Source of the DNA: a virus
Taxonomy: Duplodnaviria > Caudoviricetes
IMG/VR virus record: IMGVR_UViG_3300049828_000290
Span: 1 to 47,657 of that record
DNA: 47,657 nt
Strand: one strand, 5' to 3'
Positions within the stretch are counted from its first letter, which is position 1. Every line of letters starts with the position of its first letter. Shown piece by piece: positions 8,923 through 18,172 of the stretch. The notes under the pieces were generated by a model. That model was not told the origin of the DNA. It ran no database searches and saw nothing but the letters and a program-made list of their open reading frames with translations. The position numbers were made by a program, and so were the translations under genes.

Positions 8923-9156
8923 TTAATCCTTTAGACTGAAAGTAAACTCTTTAACCTTCATATTATCAAAACGGCTGAGGGCACCACTATTCTTTTTGAA
9001 TACGCTGCAATATCGCTCAGCTTCAGTTTTAGAAACCCAAAGAGATACAAATTGTAAAGTCTGAGGAACGTATGGATAACCGCCTGAAGTATTATCAAGG
9101 GCAATCATTTCACCCTCTTGGGTTACACAGACATAATACTTATAGTCGTTAATCAT
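8923..9156 (-). CDS. Hypothetical protein
   Basis: 77-aa ORF in the early cluster. Confidence 0.65.
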   Translation of the reverse strand: MINDYKYYVCVTQEGEMIALDNTSGGYPYVPQTLQFVSLWVSKTEAERYCSVFKKNSGALSRFDNMKVKEFTFSLKD

Positions 9157-9158
9157 AA

Positions 9159-9386
9159 TTAGTAATCCACATTAGAGTTAATAGACGCCTCACCTTTAAC
9201 AAAGGCAAGGTATGATTGATATTCTGAGGAAATAGTTACTTTCCACAGACTATAACTCATTACTTCATTAAGAACCATGAAAACATGCGCCCAATCATCA
9301 TAACGACCATCGTAGAATTCGCGCATAGGCGAAGTGATATAGATATCAATTTCACCATTACGCGTAACGACAAAGGTAATCATCAT
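9159..9386 (-). CDS. Hypothetical protein
   Basis: 75-aa ORF with AAGGA RBS. Confidence 0.6.
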   Translation of the reverse strand: MMITFVVTRNGEIDIYITSPMREFYDGRYDDWAHVFMVLNEVMSYSLWKVTISSEYQSYLAFVKGEASINSNVDY

Positions 9387-9453
9387 GATAGTTGTCCTTT
9401 TATGAATTAAAACTTTGAGAAATTCTGATTAACAGAACTTCTCGAAATTTTAA

Positions 9454-9669
9454 TTACTCGACTGCCGAGTAAAATCGTCCATCTTCCCGTTCCATTACGG
9501 AAAGTTCCACGATGTTAGAAATATTACCGCATCTTTTCAGATATTCCCGTCCGCCGTCTACAGAAATTGCACCACACTTGCAAGTTCTAAAATCGTGGAC
9601 AGAAGCAGAGATAACGATGTTTTGGCAGGAATTGCACCTAGCCATGTTAAGAATGATTTTAGCAGCCAT
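9454..9669 (-). CDS. Phage Zn-ribbon protein (CxxC...HDF.xCxCG..xVDGG type)
   Basis: ARCNSC...HDFRTCKCGAISVDGGREYLKR, a motif common in phage small proteins. Confidence 0.8.
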   Translation of the reverse strand: MAAKIILNMARCNSCQNIVISASVHDFRTCKCGAISVDGGREYLKRCGNISNIVELSVMEREDGRFYSAVE

Positions 9670-9872
9670 TAGATTAGTCCTTTCAAAGCTTCACTAGTAT
9701 TAGGAAGCTTTACAGGAATTACTCGAAAGATAATGTCTTTAATTGCCATTCCTTGTTTGGCCTTATTAGTCATGTATTGGGCAGACTGTAGAAATGTAGG
9801 ATGGCAGTTTACGAGAAATTCACCGTCATTAGTTATGAGTTTATAAATTTCAGGGATTCGACTAGGATACAT
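9669..9872 (-). CDS. Hypothetical protein
   Basis: 67-aa ORF, TAATG-coupled. Confidence 0.6.
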   Translation of the reverse strand: MYPSRIPEIYKLITNDGEFLVNCHPTFLQSAQYMTNKAKQGMAIKDIIFRVIPVKLPNTSEALKGLI

Positions 9873-9874
9873 GA

Positions 9875-10090
9875 TTACTTATCTCCAATGTAAATTTCAT
9901 GTCCAATTACGCCACCGATTTGAGTAGGCGCTAGAATTCCCATCTGGGTAGTGAATTTTAGAGATTTTCGATTGTATCCCTTTGAAATTCGGAGATAGAC
10001 ACCGCTTTCGACATTTTCAACGAATAGCTCACCTGAACCATTCGTAAAAACGCGCACTCCGTCAATTTCGGCTAAGGTTGGAAAAGGCAT
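9875..10090 (-). CDS. Hypothetical protein
   Basis: 71-aa ORF with GGAG RBS. Confidence 0.65.
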   Translation of the reverse strand: MPFPTLAEIDGVRVFTNGSGELFVENVESGVYLRISKGYNRKSLKFTTQMGILAPTQIGGVIGHEIYIGDK

Positions 10091-10144
10091 GATTTAGACT
10101 CCGATTAGTTGTTAGTGACGTTAGACTCCAATTAGATAGTGTTA

Positions 10145-10410
10145 GTGTCTCGAAACAGGACACCTGTTCTGTTTTGGGACACTCTCTGTCTGTCTCTCTC
10201 TATGTCTTCCGAGTATACCATACATCCCCCGACCTACACTGTCCTATTTTGAGACACTCAAGTTTAGGTTAGGTAGTTTCAATATAATAGTATATATAAA
10301 AATATATATAAACTAAGATATTATTAGCCTAACTGAACTGACCTCGAAATGGGACACTCTAGAGGATGCCTATACCCTTACCTCATATAGAGAGACAGAG
10401 ACAGACTATG
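10145..10410. promoter_or_regulatory. Putative replication origin/control region: four 19-bp TGTC-N9-GACA-type boxes and imperfect inverted arms around an AT-rich core
   Basis: Boxes at 10145, 10164, 10239, 10339; TCTGTC/GACAGA arms at 10185-10204 and 10384-10405; (TA)n core ~10281-10312. Confidence 0.6.
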
Positions 10411-10461
10411 TAACTCTTACTCTAGTGTGTCAAATTTACCACACTATTAAATAATCTTATT

Positions 10462-10498
10462 GAATACTCGGAGACTATTAACTAATCCCCGAGTATTC
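10462..10498 (-). terminator. Hairpin downstream of ORF 10514-10918
   Basis: GAATACTCGG/CCGAGTATTC 10-bp stem; weak U-tract. Confidence 0.55.
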
Positions 10499-10513
10499 TA
10501 AAGACTATCTAAT

Positions 10514-10918
10514 TTAGTTCAGGCCGAGTGCAGCCTTTGCGAGTGCCGTAGAAGTAGCTTCATCGTTGCCCATGCTACGGAACACCTTGACCATAGCAAC
10601 AATACGCTGCTCGTCAGTAGCAAGCGAAGTGCTAGGCTTCTTGATACCAAGCGTATCAGCGAGCTCCGAGGTAGCATTAGCACGCGCGGCAGCCTTACGA
10701 CGGGCGTTAAGGATACCAATAACCTCAGCATGCGTAAGCTGAGAATCAGCGGGGATTGCGGAGTTCTCGGCAAGCTGAGAATACGCGACGTCAATCGTGT
10801 ATTCCTTGTCAAGAGGGTTACCGAAAAGCTTACGAACGGTAGCCTTTTCAGTAACGGGCGTTTCGATGACTGACTCTGAGACTACGGTTGCGGTTTCGAC
10901 GGTTTCGTTTTCACTCAT
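10514..10918 (-). CDS. Probable immediate-early, highly expressed hypothetical protein
   Basis: 134 aa; own sigma70 promoter, AGGA RBS, downstream hairpin; higher GC than the flanks. Confidence 0.85.
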   Translation of the reverse strand: MSENETVETATVVSESVIETPVTEKATVRKLFGNPLDKEYTIDVAYSQLAENSAIPADSQLTHAEVIGILNARRKAAARANATSELADTLGIKKPSTSLATDEQRIVAMVKVFRSMGNDEATSTALAKAALGLN

Positions 10919-10983
10919 GATACTGTCCTATTCTGAGACACTGAGGGTTAATAGATGCGCGAGACGTTCGCGCCATGAGTAAG

Positions 10984-11012
10984 AGTTTACGCGAGTAACG
11001 CGAGCCTGTCAA
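10984..11012 (-). promoter_or_regulatory. sigma70 promoter TTGACA-17-TAAACT, flanked by 19-bp boxes at 10923-10941 and 11022-11040
   Basis: Consensus -35 at 11007-11012, -10 at 10984-10989, 17-nt spacer. Confidence 0.8.
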
Positions 11013-11136
11013 GATAATTTAGTGTCCTATCTTGAGACAGTCCCTAGTGTTTCGGTAGCCTTGCCTCATACCATATGTAAAGCATAACAGATGCCAATAA
11101 GATTATTATACAGATTTGCTCAAGAATGCGCGCTTC

Positions 11137-11478
11137 TGCACACTATTTTTGCACACATTTTCACCTTGACAATTACACTATCGTGCTTTCAATTACACTC
11201 TTGGTTTTGTCAACTATTTGACGCATCTAATTGCACATTATTGCACACCATTTCCTTCGCTTATTACAACATTGTAATGTCCTTATTGTAATGACCATAT
11301 CGTAACTATTGCACACTATTACTCATGAATGCGCGTCAATAAGATAACGCGCGAACATATATAATAGTGTGCAGTATTGGACTTGACATTGCTAAACTGT
11401 GCAATCTCATTCAATCTCATTGTTATTGTGTGCAACTGTGTGATATAATGGTTACACACCCCCCTACACCAATGCACA
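11137..11478. repeat. Array of TGCACA/TGTGCA hexamers with a dyad centre near 11341
   Basis: TGCACA at 11137, 11150, 11232, 11242, 11310, 11473; TGTGCA at 11368, 11398, 11429; CAATTACACT at 11170 and 11190. Confidence 0.75.
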
Positions 11479-11537
11479 GAAGGTTACATAATTTCACACT
11501 TCGGCGCGTTGTTGAAAGAGACAGTGATGTAAAAAAA

Positions 11538-11738
11538 TTATTTGAGTTTTCTTAAAATATTTTCAAATGAGTCAATAAATGGATTAAGATTCTCATGTAA
11601 TGAAATAATAAATGGAATATGTGGGTTAGAATTTCTAGTTAATTTCCACACTTGATTATATGAATCTCTAAAAAGAAAGTAATCTTCTACTGGCAACATT
11701 ACTCCAGGACGAATATTGAGTTTAATTTTCTCATCCAT
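11538..11738 (-). CDS. Hypothetical protein
   Basis: 66-aa ORF. Confidence 0.55.
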   Translation of the reverse strand: MDEKIKLNIRPGVMLPVEDYFLFRDSYNQVWKLTRNSNPHIPFIISLHENLNPFIDSFENILRKLK

Positions 11739-11811
11739 AAAATGGGTCCCTTTATTCAGATACTGTTACTGATTATAATTAATAAAAACTATGCGCGCTT
11801 GTGGCTAGTTC

Positions 11812-12003
11812 TTAACCGGGGGCGCGCATTTTAAAAATCTCATATGTATTAACTTTCCAACTTCCATCTTCATTTTCAACTGGAAATTTTAATTCTTTCT
11901 CACCCTTCCAAGGTTGAATATCAAATCGTCTCTGCCCATATCGAGTAGTATATTCACATACTCGAAGATTATTAATTACGTAGAGTTCATGTATTTGAAA
12001 CAT
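11812..12003 (-). CDS. Hypothetical protein
   Basis: 63-aa ORF coupled to the upstream ORF. Confidence 0.55.
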   Translation of the reverse strand: MFQIHELYVINNLRVCEYTTRYGQRRFDIQPWKGEKELKFPVENEDGSWKVNTYEIFKMRAPG

Positions 12004-12218
12004 TATTCATTAACCTCTTCTAACTTACGATTGTCATTATGAAAAGTATTTCTACACTTACTGTTACAAAATTTCTGCCACGGTCTTTTTTTAACTCGGA
12101 TTTGTAAACAATTACGGCACTTGAACCGGGAACCGGGTCTAGCCGGCTCTGTAAGCGCATTGGACGGCTTGAACGACTCAGGCATAGGGGCCACCTTTGA
12201 AATGCATTTATGGGGCAT
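12003..12218 (-). CDS. Small basic Zn-finger protein, possible DNA-binding regulator
   Basis: CRNC...QKFCNSKCR motif. Confidence 0.7.
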   Translation of the reverse strand: MPHKCISKVAPMPESFKPSNALTEPARPGSRFKCRNCLQIRVKKRPWQKFCNSKCRNTFHNDNRKLEEVNE

Positions 12219-12298
12219 TCTATACCCTCTCTACCCCCCTTGTCAAGCTCTATGTTGCTCTGTTATGGCTAGCCCCCATACTCCCCACATGGTATAAT
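12217..12298. promoter_or_regulatory. Back-to-back promoters: leftward TTGACA-18-TAGAAT (12246-12217) and rightward extended -10 TGgTATAAT (12290-12298)
   Basis: Consensus elements at the strand switch upstream of terS. Confidence 0.6.
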
Positions 12299-12347
12299 AT
12301 AGTCATCGGCGTAGTCCGACACCCCTCTATTTCAAGGAAATAATATC

Positions 12348-12902
12348 ATGCCGCTGGGAATTGTTACTGATGATGTGTTTGAGTCTGAAGTAAAAAAAGA
12401 AAAACCTCCTGTTGGTGAAATTAAAATCCTTCCACCTAAGGGTAGAGGAAGTGATAATCCCAATACTCCAGACTCTATTCGTCGGTTAATTGGTGATAAT
12501 ACCCTCAGTGAAGGATTTGCAGATTCTCATGAACTTGCAGCAGCATTTGGTATTTCCCACCAAACTGCTAATGCGTATTCAAATGGTGATACTTCTTTAC
12601 GAACCTGGGGAGATAAAGATAATCCCTTAAAGGGTTTCTTAGAAGGTCGTCGTAAAAAAATTGCAAGGCGCGCTTCATCTGCTGTCCTTCGAGCAATTGA
12701 AGGAATTACTGATGATAAGCTTGGAGAAGCGAAAGCAGTAGAATTAGCTGGTATTGCTAAAGCTCTTTCTGGAGTAGTTAAAGATATGCTACCGACTGAG
12801 AATGTTGGCAATACGAATGTCAATACTGCCGTTAAACTTATTGTTCATGTCCCCCAACAAACGAAGGAAACAGCCTTTGACACCATTACAGTCGAACAGT
12901 AG
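12348..12902 (+). CDS. Putative terminase small subunit
   Basis: First late-strand gene; HTH-like HELAAAFGISHQTA, helical middle, beta-strand C-terminus. Confidence 0.55.
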   Translation: MPLGIVTDDVFESEVKKEKPPVGEIKILPPKGRGSDNPNTPDSIRRLIGDNTLSEGFADSHELAAAFGISHQTANAYSNGDTSLRTWGDKDNPLKGFLEGRRKKIARRASSAVLRAIEGITDDKLGEAKAVELAGIAKALSGVVKDMLPTENVGNTNVNTAVKLIVHVPQQTKETAFDTITVEQ

Positions 12903-13185
12903 TATAAAAGAGGCTCCTTGGTATATAAAATTTATTTATACCTATGGAATTCCGGCAGCATTAACCATTTATCTTGTTTGGTTTATTTCTAATAATGTTG
13001 CTACACAGTTAAATTCGATTGCAATTGATTTAGACTCTCATCAAACAGAAATGGCACAGAGTTTAAAAGCAAGTGAAGAAGCTAAAATTCAATTGCAAAT
13101 AACAAATCTTTTACTACAAAGGATTTGTGTTAATACTGCTGCTGACAATTTATCTAGAAATAGCTGTTTTGGGCCTTCTCAGTAG
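12802..13185 (+). CDS. Holin-like membrane protein (start probably 12847)
   Basis: FIYTYGIPAALTIYLVWFI TM helix followed by coiled coil. Confidence 0.55.
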   Translation: MLAIRMSILPLNLLFMSPNKRRKQPLTPLQSNSSIKEAPWYIKFIYTYGIPAALTIYLVWFISNNVATQLNSIAIDLDSHQTEMAQSLKASEEAKIQLQITNLLLQRICVNTAADNLSRNSCFGPSQ

Positions 13186-13194
13186 GAATTAATA

Positions 13195-13527
13195 ATGCCA
13201 AGACCACTTAATTCGGGACCACTTTTAACTGGGCAATCAGCACTTAATACTGCTGCTTTGTTACCATTTGATGCAGGTTCTAAAGCTGAAGGAACTTTAG
13301 TTCATGTTACTTTTGGTGCTGGAACTACTGCTGGTGTAGTTGTAATTGAAGGTGCTCCGACTCCAACCTATGCTGGAACTTGGGCAATTCTTGCAACTAT
13401 TACATGGGCTGCTGCAAGTCGAACTCATGAAACTTTTATTGCAGGTTCTTATTTAGGTCGTAGAGTTAGAATTAGCACTGCAATTGTTAACGGAACTGTT
13501 GATGCCAGTTATTTAATCACGGGGTAA
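13195..13527 (+). CDS. Small beta-sandwich virion protein
   Basis: Ala/Thr/Gly-rich; VVIEG...RVRIS pattern. Confidence 0.6.
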   Translation: MPRPLNSGPLLTGQSALNTAALLPFDAGSKAEGTLVHVTFGAGTTAGVVVIEGAPTPTYAGTWAILATITWAAASRTHETFIAGSYLGRRVRISTAIVNGTVDASYLITG

Positions 13528-13530
13528 ACG

Positions 13531-13755
13531 ATGGCCGATTTAATGAATGATTTACAGGTTGCTCTTACTGATTTGAATGCTAAGAAGAAAGTATTTGATG
13601 ACGCTACTAGTGCAGTCATTGAAGCTTCATATGATTATGAAGCTAGTAAGACAAAAGTAGTGCAGCTTCGTTTAGATGTTGATAAGGAACTTGATAATCA
13701 GCTTATCAATGCTGGTATTTCACCTACCGATTCGCGCGTTCATCAGTCTGAGTAA
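13531..13755 (+). CDS. Small coiled-coil protein
   Basis: 74-aa heptad pattern. Confidence 0.65.
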   Translation: MADLMNDLQVALTDLNAKKKVFDDATSAVIEASYDYEASKTKVVQLRLDVDKELDNQLINAGISPTDSRVHQSE

Positions 13756-13761
13756 AAAATT

Positions 13762-15273
13762 ATGTCTGGTGTTACTCAGGATGGAATTTTAAAAGTAGAT
13801 GATGGAGGGGGTGGAGGTTCCTCTACTACTGTTGCTATTGGTCAGCCAATTAATGCAACAGATGCTTCTGTTTTAAATTCTGTTCCAATTGGCACTGAAT
13901 ATGGTTTAGCTGTAAGATTAGTTGGTGCAACTGGTGGCGGTGGTCCTGCTACTATTGCTGATGGTGCAGATGTAAATGCTGGTGCTACTACAGATGCAGC
14001 AGTAATTACTGATACTACTGGCACTTTAAGTGCTAAACTTCGTGGCTTAGTGAAATGGGCATTTGAAAGAATGCCAGCATCATTAGGTCAGAAGTTAATG
14101 TCAGCAAGTTTTCCTATTGTCATAGCATCTGACCAATCTACTATTAATACTAATGCGAATGTAACTGGAACAGTTGCAGTATCTAACTTTCCTGCTACAC
14201 AACCTATTAGTGCAGTAGCTTTACCATTACCTGCTGGTGCAGCTACTTCAGCATTACAGACTACTGGTAATAATAGTCTTGCAAATATTGATGCAGATTT
14301 AGATGTTGCATTATCAACTCGATTAGCAGAAGCAACATTTACTGGAAGAATTAATACTCTTGGTCAGAAGACTATGGCGAATAGCACGCCAGTAGTTCTT
14401 CCTTCTGACCAATCTGCTATTCCAGTTAATCAAGGAACGGCTGCTGCTGTAACTGCTGGTTGGCCTGTTAATTTAGGATATTCTGCGGTTTCTGGAACTA
14501 CTGTTTGGAATAGTGGAACTGCTGCAAATGCAACAATTGTAAATGATGTTCGTGGGTATGGAAGTGTAGGATTTTTATTTAATGTTACTTCTGTTCTTCC
14601 ATCAACTGCACAGATTTTAATAGAAGGTTCTGTTGATGGCGGAACTACTTATCATCGTATCTCAGGTAAGAGATATAATGATAGTGTTCAAGGATTAGCT
14701 CCAGTTCCCCAAAGCACACCTATTGATATAGGTGGAGTTCCATTAACAAGTTTTATTTTTGTTGTTGATGTTGCTGGATTAACTCATATTCGCTTACTTT
14801 GGGTTGCTGCTATTGGCAGTGGTTCAGTTAGTATTACTAGTGTATCAAGTGCGCGACCTGCTACTAATACAGAAGTTGCTTCAAATCGTATTTGGGGCGG
14901 AAATTTTAATAGTATCTTTACCAGCACTCCAGTATTTGTTACTGCAACTACTGATGGTGTAAAACAAAGATTAGATGTAATCGCGTCATCTAAAATCGAT
15001 TTAACTCCAGCCGCGCCTACAGCTTTTTCAGTTGGTGTAGTAACTGCTACTGCTGTGGCAGCTAATGCAAATCGTAAAGGATTGAAGTTAATTAACACTT
15101 CAAATGCAATCATCTCTTTAGGATTTGGAAATGCAGCAGTATTAAACTCTGGTGTAACATTACTTCCATACGGCGTATTTGAAATGGATGAATACGACTA
15201 CGATTTAGGAAGTGTTGACGCTATTGCATCAGCAGCAGCTAGCAACTTAGCCATTCAGGAATATACAACGTAA
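13762..15273 (+). CDS. Fibre/spike-like virion protein
   Basis: 503 aa, A/T/G/V-rich; repeated LGQKxM..SxPxVxxSDQS motif; C-terminal beta domain (NANRKGLKLIN). Confidence 0.65.
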   Translation: MSGVTQDGILKVDDGGGGGSSTTVAIGQPINATDASVLNSVPIGTEYGLAVRLVGATGGGGPATIADGADVNAGATTDAAVITDTTGTLSAKLRGLVKWAFERMPASLGQKLMSASFPIVIASDQSTINTNANVTGTVAVSNFPATQPISAVALPLPAGAATSALQTTGNNSLANIDADLDVALSTRLAEATFTGRINTLGQKTMANSTPVVLPSDQSAIPVNQGTAAAVTAGWPVNLGYSAVSGTTVWNSGTAANATIVNDVRGYGSVGFLFNVTSVLPSTAQILIEGSVDGGTTYHRISGKRYNDSVQGLAPVPQSTPIDIGGVPLTSFIFVVDVAGLTHIRLLWVAAIGSGSVSITSVSSARPATNTEVASNRIWGGNFNSIFTSTPVFVTATTDGVKQRLDVIASSKIDLTPAAPTAFSVGVVTATAVAANANRKGLKLINTSNAIISLGFGNAAVLNSGVTLLPYGVFEMDEYDYDLGSVDAIASAAASNLAIQEYTT

Positions 15274-15818
15274 TGTCTGTTAATAATCCTGTATTACCTG
15301 AAATTAGAGATGAGGGCATAAGTCAAGGACGCGCGCTCGCCATTAATTTTACAGGAGCAGGAGTTACTGCGGCAGTAGCAGGATTTGTAGCTACTGTTAC
15401 TATTCCAGGTGGTGGCGGTGGTGGAGCTAGTGCTACTACTGTTGAAGTAAATGTTTCTGCTACTCCAGTTTTTCGTGGTAGATTTACTCTCATAGATGCA
15501 GCAATTGGTGCTACTAGTAAAGTTTTAATGTGGCAAGCTCCCGGTCCTTATACTGGTAAGGGAACTAGAGCAGATGAAGCAGAATTAGCACCAGTAAAAA
15601 TTACTACTATTAATCCTACTGCTGGAAGTGCTGAAGTTTATTGGGAAACTCCGCCAATAATTGGGCAGTTAAGCTTTCCTAATGCGCAACAAAGTCAGAC
15701 TGGTGCCACTAACGTAGTAACTAATCCTAAAGACCCACAGGGTTATGGGCGTCAGTATCCAGTAAGAATTGGAAAAGTTCGCGGAAACATTAAGTTCTCT
15801 TATGTAGTTTTCGCTTAG
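15273..15818 (+). CDS. Fibre-associated virion protein
   Basis: IRDEG...INFTGAGVTA motif plus poly-Gly linker. Confidence 0.6.
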   Translation: MSVNNPVLPEIRDEGISQGRALAINFTGAGVTAAVAGFVATVTIPGGGGGGASATTVEVNVSATPVFRGRFTLIDAAIGATSKVLMWQAPGPYTGKGTRADEAELAPVKITTINPTAGSAEVYWETPPIIGQLSFPNAQQSQTGATNVVTNPKDPQGYGRQYPVRIGKVRGNIKFSYVVFA

Positions 15819-15825
15819 GAAAAAT

Positions 15826-16503
15826 ATGGCTGTAATCGAAGGTGTTAATAGTGCTCAATTAATGGGTGTGGGTGCTGAAGCATTTATTGGTGCTCATGTA
15901 GCTAAAGGCCATATTGCATTAGGTGCTGGTGGAGCATTTCGTGTTGGTGCTGTTTCTGGCACTATGGCAGCGGCATTAGCAGCTAACGCTGAAATTTTTC
16001 AGTTTCGTTATGTTACGGCTGCTAGTCGTATTGCTCTTATTAATCGTGTTACTATTTCTGCTGGTGCTAACGTAGCAGCTACGGCTGCTGCATTACTATC
16101 AATGCGAATGACAGTAGCACGCGCTTGGACTGTCGCGGGTTCTGGTGGTTCGCGCATAGTTTTAACTGGTGATAATGCGAATCTAAGAACTAGTCTTGCA
16201 ACTTCAGAAGTTAACGATGCTGGTATTTCTACTACGGCTGGATTAACTGCTGGAACTAAGACATTAGATACTACTGATATTGGTAACGTTTCATATGGCA
16301 TCGGCACTGGTGCTATTACTACTTCATTACCACTTACAATTCTTCCATTAACTGAACTTTTTAATGCTAATCAAGAAGGTGGTTATCCATTAGTATTAGC
16401 TAATCAGGAAGGATTCGTAATTCGTTCTGGTATTATTGGTCCCGCTACTATGACTTGGGCTTTTTCTGTTAATGTTTCATGGTTAGAAGTTCCGGCATTC
16501 TAA
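15826..16503 (+). CDS. Putative virion structural protein
   Basis: 225 aa, Ala/Thr-rich, beta-strand character. Confidence 0.6.
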   Translation: MAVIEGVNSAQLMGVGAEAFIGAHVAKGHIALGAGGAFRVGAVSGTMAAALAANAEIFQFRYVTAASRIALINRVTISAGANVAATAAALLSMRMTVARAWTVAGSGGSRIVLTGDNANLRTSLATSEVNDAGISTTAGLTAGTKTLDTTDIGNVSYGIGTGAITTSLPLTILPLTELFNANQEGGYPLVLANQEGFVIRSGIIGPATMTWAFSVNVSWLEVPAF

Positions 16504-16504
16504 T

Positions 16505-18169
16505 ATGACTTCTGATGTTTTAGAATGGAAACCTACACCACCACAAGCTAAATTTGCTAGTCTTCCTTGGACTATTAAAGAAGCTTTTTTCGGTGGTGGA
16601 GTAGGTGGCGGTAAGAGTGATTTATTACTCATGCTTCCACTTCTTCTTAAAACATCAGAAGGATTACAACTTTACCAGTATCCAGATTTTAAGCAACTCT
16701 TTACTCGTAGAACTCATGCGGAATTAAAGAAAGAAATTGTTTCGAGAAGTAGAAAGTATTACTTACCATTCGGCGCAACGTATAATGGTAGTGATATGGT
16801 ATGGACTTTTCCTAGACCTGACCAAATTGGTTCAGGTGGGAGAATGGGTAATCAAGGCGCACAAGTTCAGTTAGGTCATATTGAACATGAAAAAGATGTT
16901 CATAAATATGATGGCGCCGAATACAATATCTTCTCTCCAGATGAACTTACGCATTTAATCGAATACATGTATTTGTATATCGGTTTTACGCGCGTTCGAG
17001 GTTCTAATCCAGTTCTTCCGAAAATTATTCGGGGAGCCGGAATGCCTGGTGGAGTTGGTCATACTTTTGTTTACAAGCGATTTGTTAAGCCGAGAGAAGC
17101 TGGTAATGTAATTATTAAGGATAATAAGACTGGACTAAAAAGATTTTATGTCCATTCTACTTTCCGAGATAATCCACATCTTGACCCCGAATACAAGGAT
17201 TCATTAGAAGCATTACCAGAGGCTGAAAAGCGAGCTAAACTTGGTGATTGGAATGCTTATGAGGGGCAAGTATTTGAAGAATTTAGAGAGTTTCATTATC
17301 CTAATGAACCTGAAAATGCTATTCATGTAATTGATTCATTTGAAATCCCATCCTATTGGCCGCGTATTGTCATAGGAGATTGGGGTTTCAGGGCAATGAC
17401 ATGGATTGGTTTTGGTGCTATTAGTCCTTCTGGTAAAGTATATCTTTATAGAGAACTTACTTTCCAGAAAGTTAAGATTGCAGAATGGGCTCCAGTTGTA
17501 AAGCATTTTGTTGATGAAGAAAAGCCTGAGTTAATTAAATTTTGTCAATCAGCAGGCCAAGATAGAGGTCAAGAACACACAATTCAGGAGCAAATTAGTT
17601 CAGCACTTGGTAGGCCAATTGAATTATCAGGTAATAAACCAGGAAGTCGTATTTCTGGTAAGATGATGATTCATGAGTATTTACGATGGAAATCACGACC
17701 TATTATTGCTGCTTCTGAAAAGCCAATATATAATGAAGAATTTGCTCAATCACTTTTTAGACTAAAAGGTGATGAAGCTTATAAAGCTTATTTAGAAAGA
17801 TTTAAAGAAGAGGAAGAAGAAACTAATATTCCTAAACTTCAAATTTTTCGAGATGCAAATCCCCAACGAGAAATTCCGGCTGTTGTAGATGCAATTAAAG
17901 CTTGTGTTTATGATAAAACAAATGTAGAAGATATTGCTGAATTTGATGGAGACGACCCAGTTGATGGATTACGTTACTTTGTCGATTCAGTAAGTTCATT
18001 TGTTAATATGTCACAAGAAAGAATGAAAAAAGCTCAGCAGCAAAAGGAAATTGATGATTTGTTTAAAACTAATGGTGATTGGACAGCATTTTATCGAAAT
18101 ATGCGTCAAATGGAATCAACAGGTGTTGGTGTAAAAGCAGTAAGACGCTATGGTAGGAAAGGTCGTTAG
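16505..18169 (+). CDS. terL: Terminase large subunit
   Basis: PQ motif, Walker A GGGVGGGKS, Walker B FSPDE, DNPHL, nuclease IGDWG and DDPVDGLRY. Confidence 0.95.
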   Translation: MTSDVLEWKPTPPQAKFASLPWTIKEAFFGGGVGGGKSDLLLMLPLLLKTSEGLQLYQYPDFKQLFTRRTHAELKKEIVSRSRKYYLPFGATYNGSDMVWTFPRPDQIGSGGRMGNQGAQVQLGHIEHEKDVHKYDGAEYNIFSPDELTHLIEYMYLYIGFTRVRGSNPVLPKIIRGAGMPGGVGHTFVYKRFVKPREAGNVIIKDNKTGLKRFYVHSTFRDNPHLDPEYKDSLEALPEAEKRAKLGDWNAYEGQVFEEFREFHYPNEPENAIHVIDSFEIPSYWPRIVIGDWGFRAMTWIGFGAISPSGKVYLYRELTFQKVKIAEWAPVVKHFVDEEKPELIKFCQSAGQDRGQEHTIQEQISSALGRPIELSGNKPGSRISGKMMIHEYLRWKSRPIIAASEKPIYNEEFAQSLFRLKGDEAYKAYLERFKEEEEETNIPKLQIFRDANPQREIPAVVDAIKACVYDKTNVEDIAEFDGDDPVDGLRYFVDSVSSFVNMSQERMKKAQQQKEIDDLFKTNGDWTAFYRNMRQMESTGVGVKAVRRYGRKGR

Positions 18170-18172
18170 TAA

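Noticed and set aside
10145-11478. Repeats as a mini-CRISPR array
   Set aside because: Copies are short, degenerate, irregularly spaced and in both orientations
11091-11555. Plus-strand ORFs 11091-11291 and 11367-11555
   Set aside because: Translations of the TGCACA repeat region with atypical composition
16505-18169. Intein or intron in terL or polA
   Set aside because: Reading frames are continuous, lengths normal, no intein splice motifs
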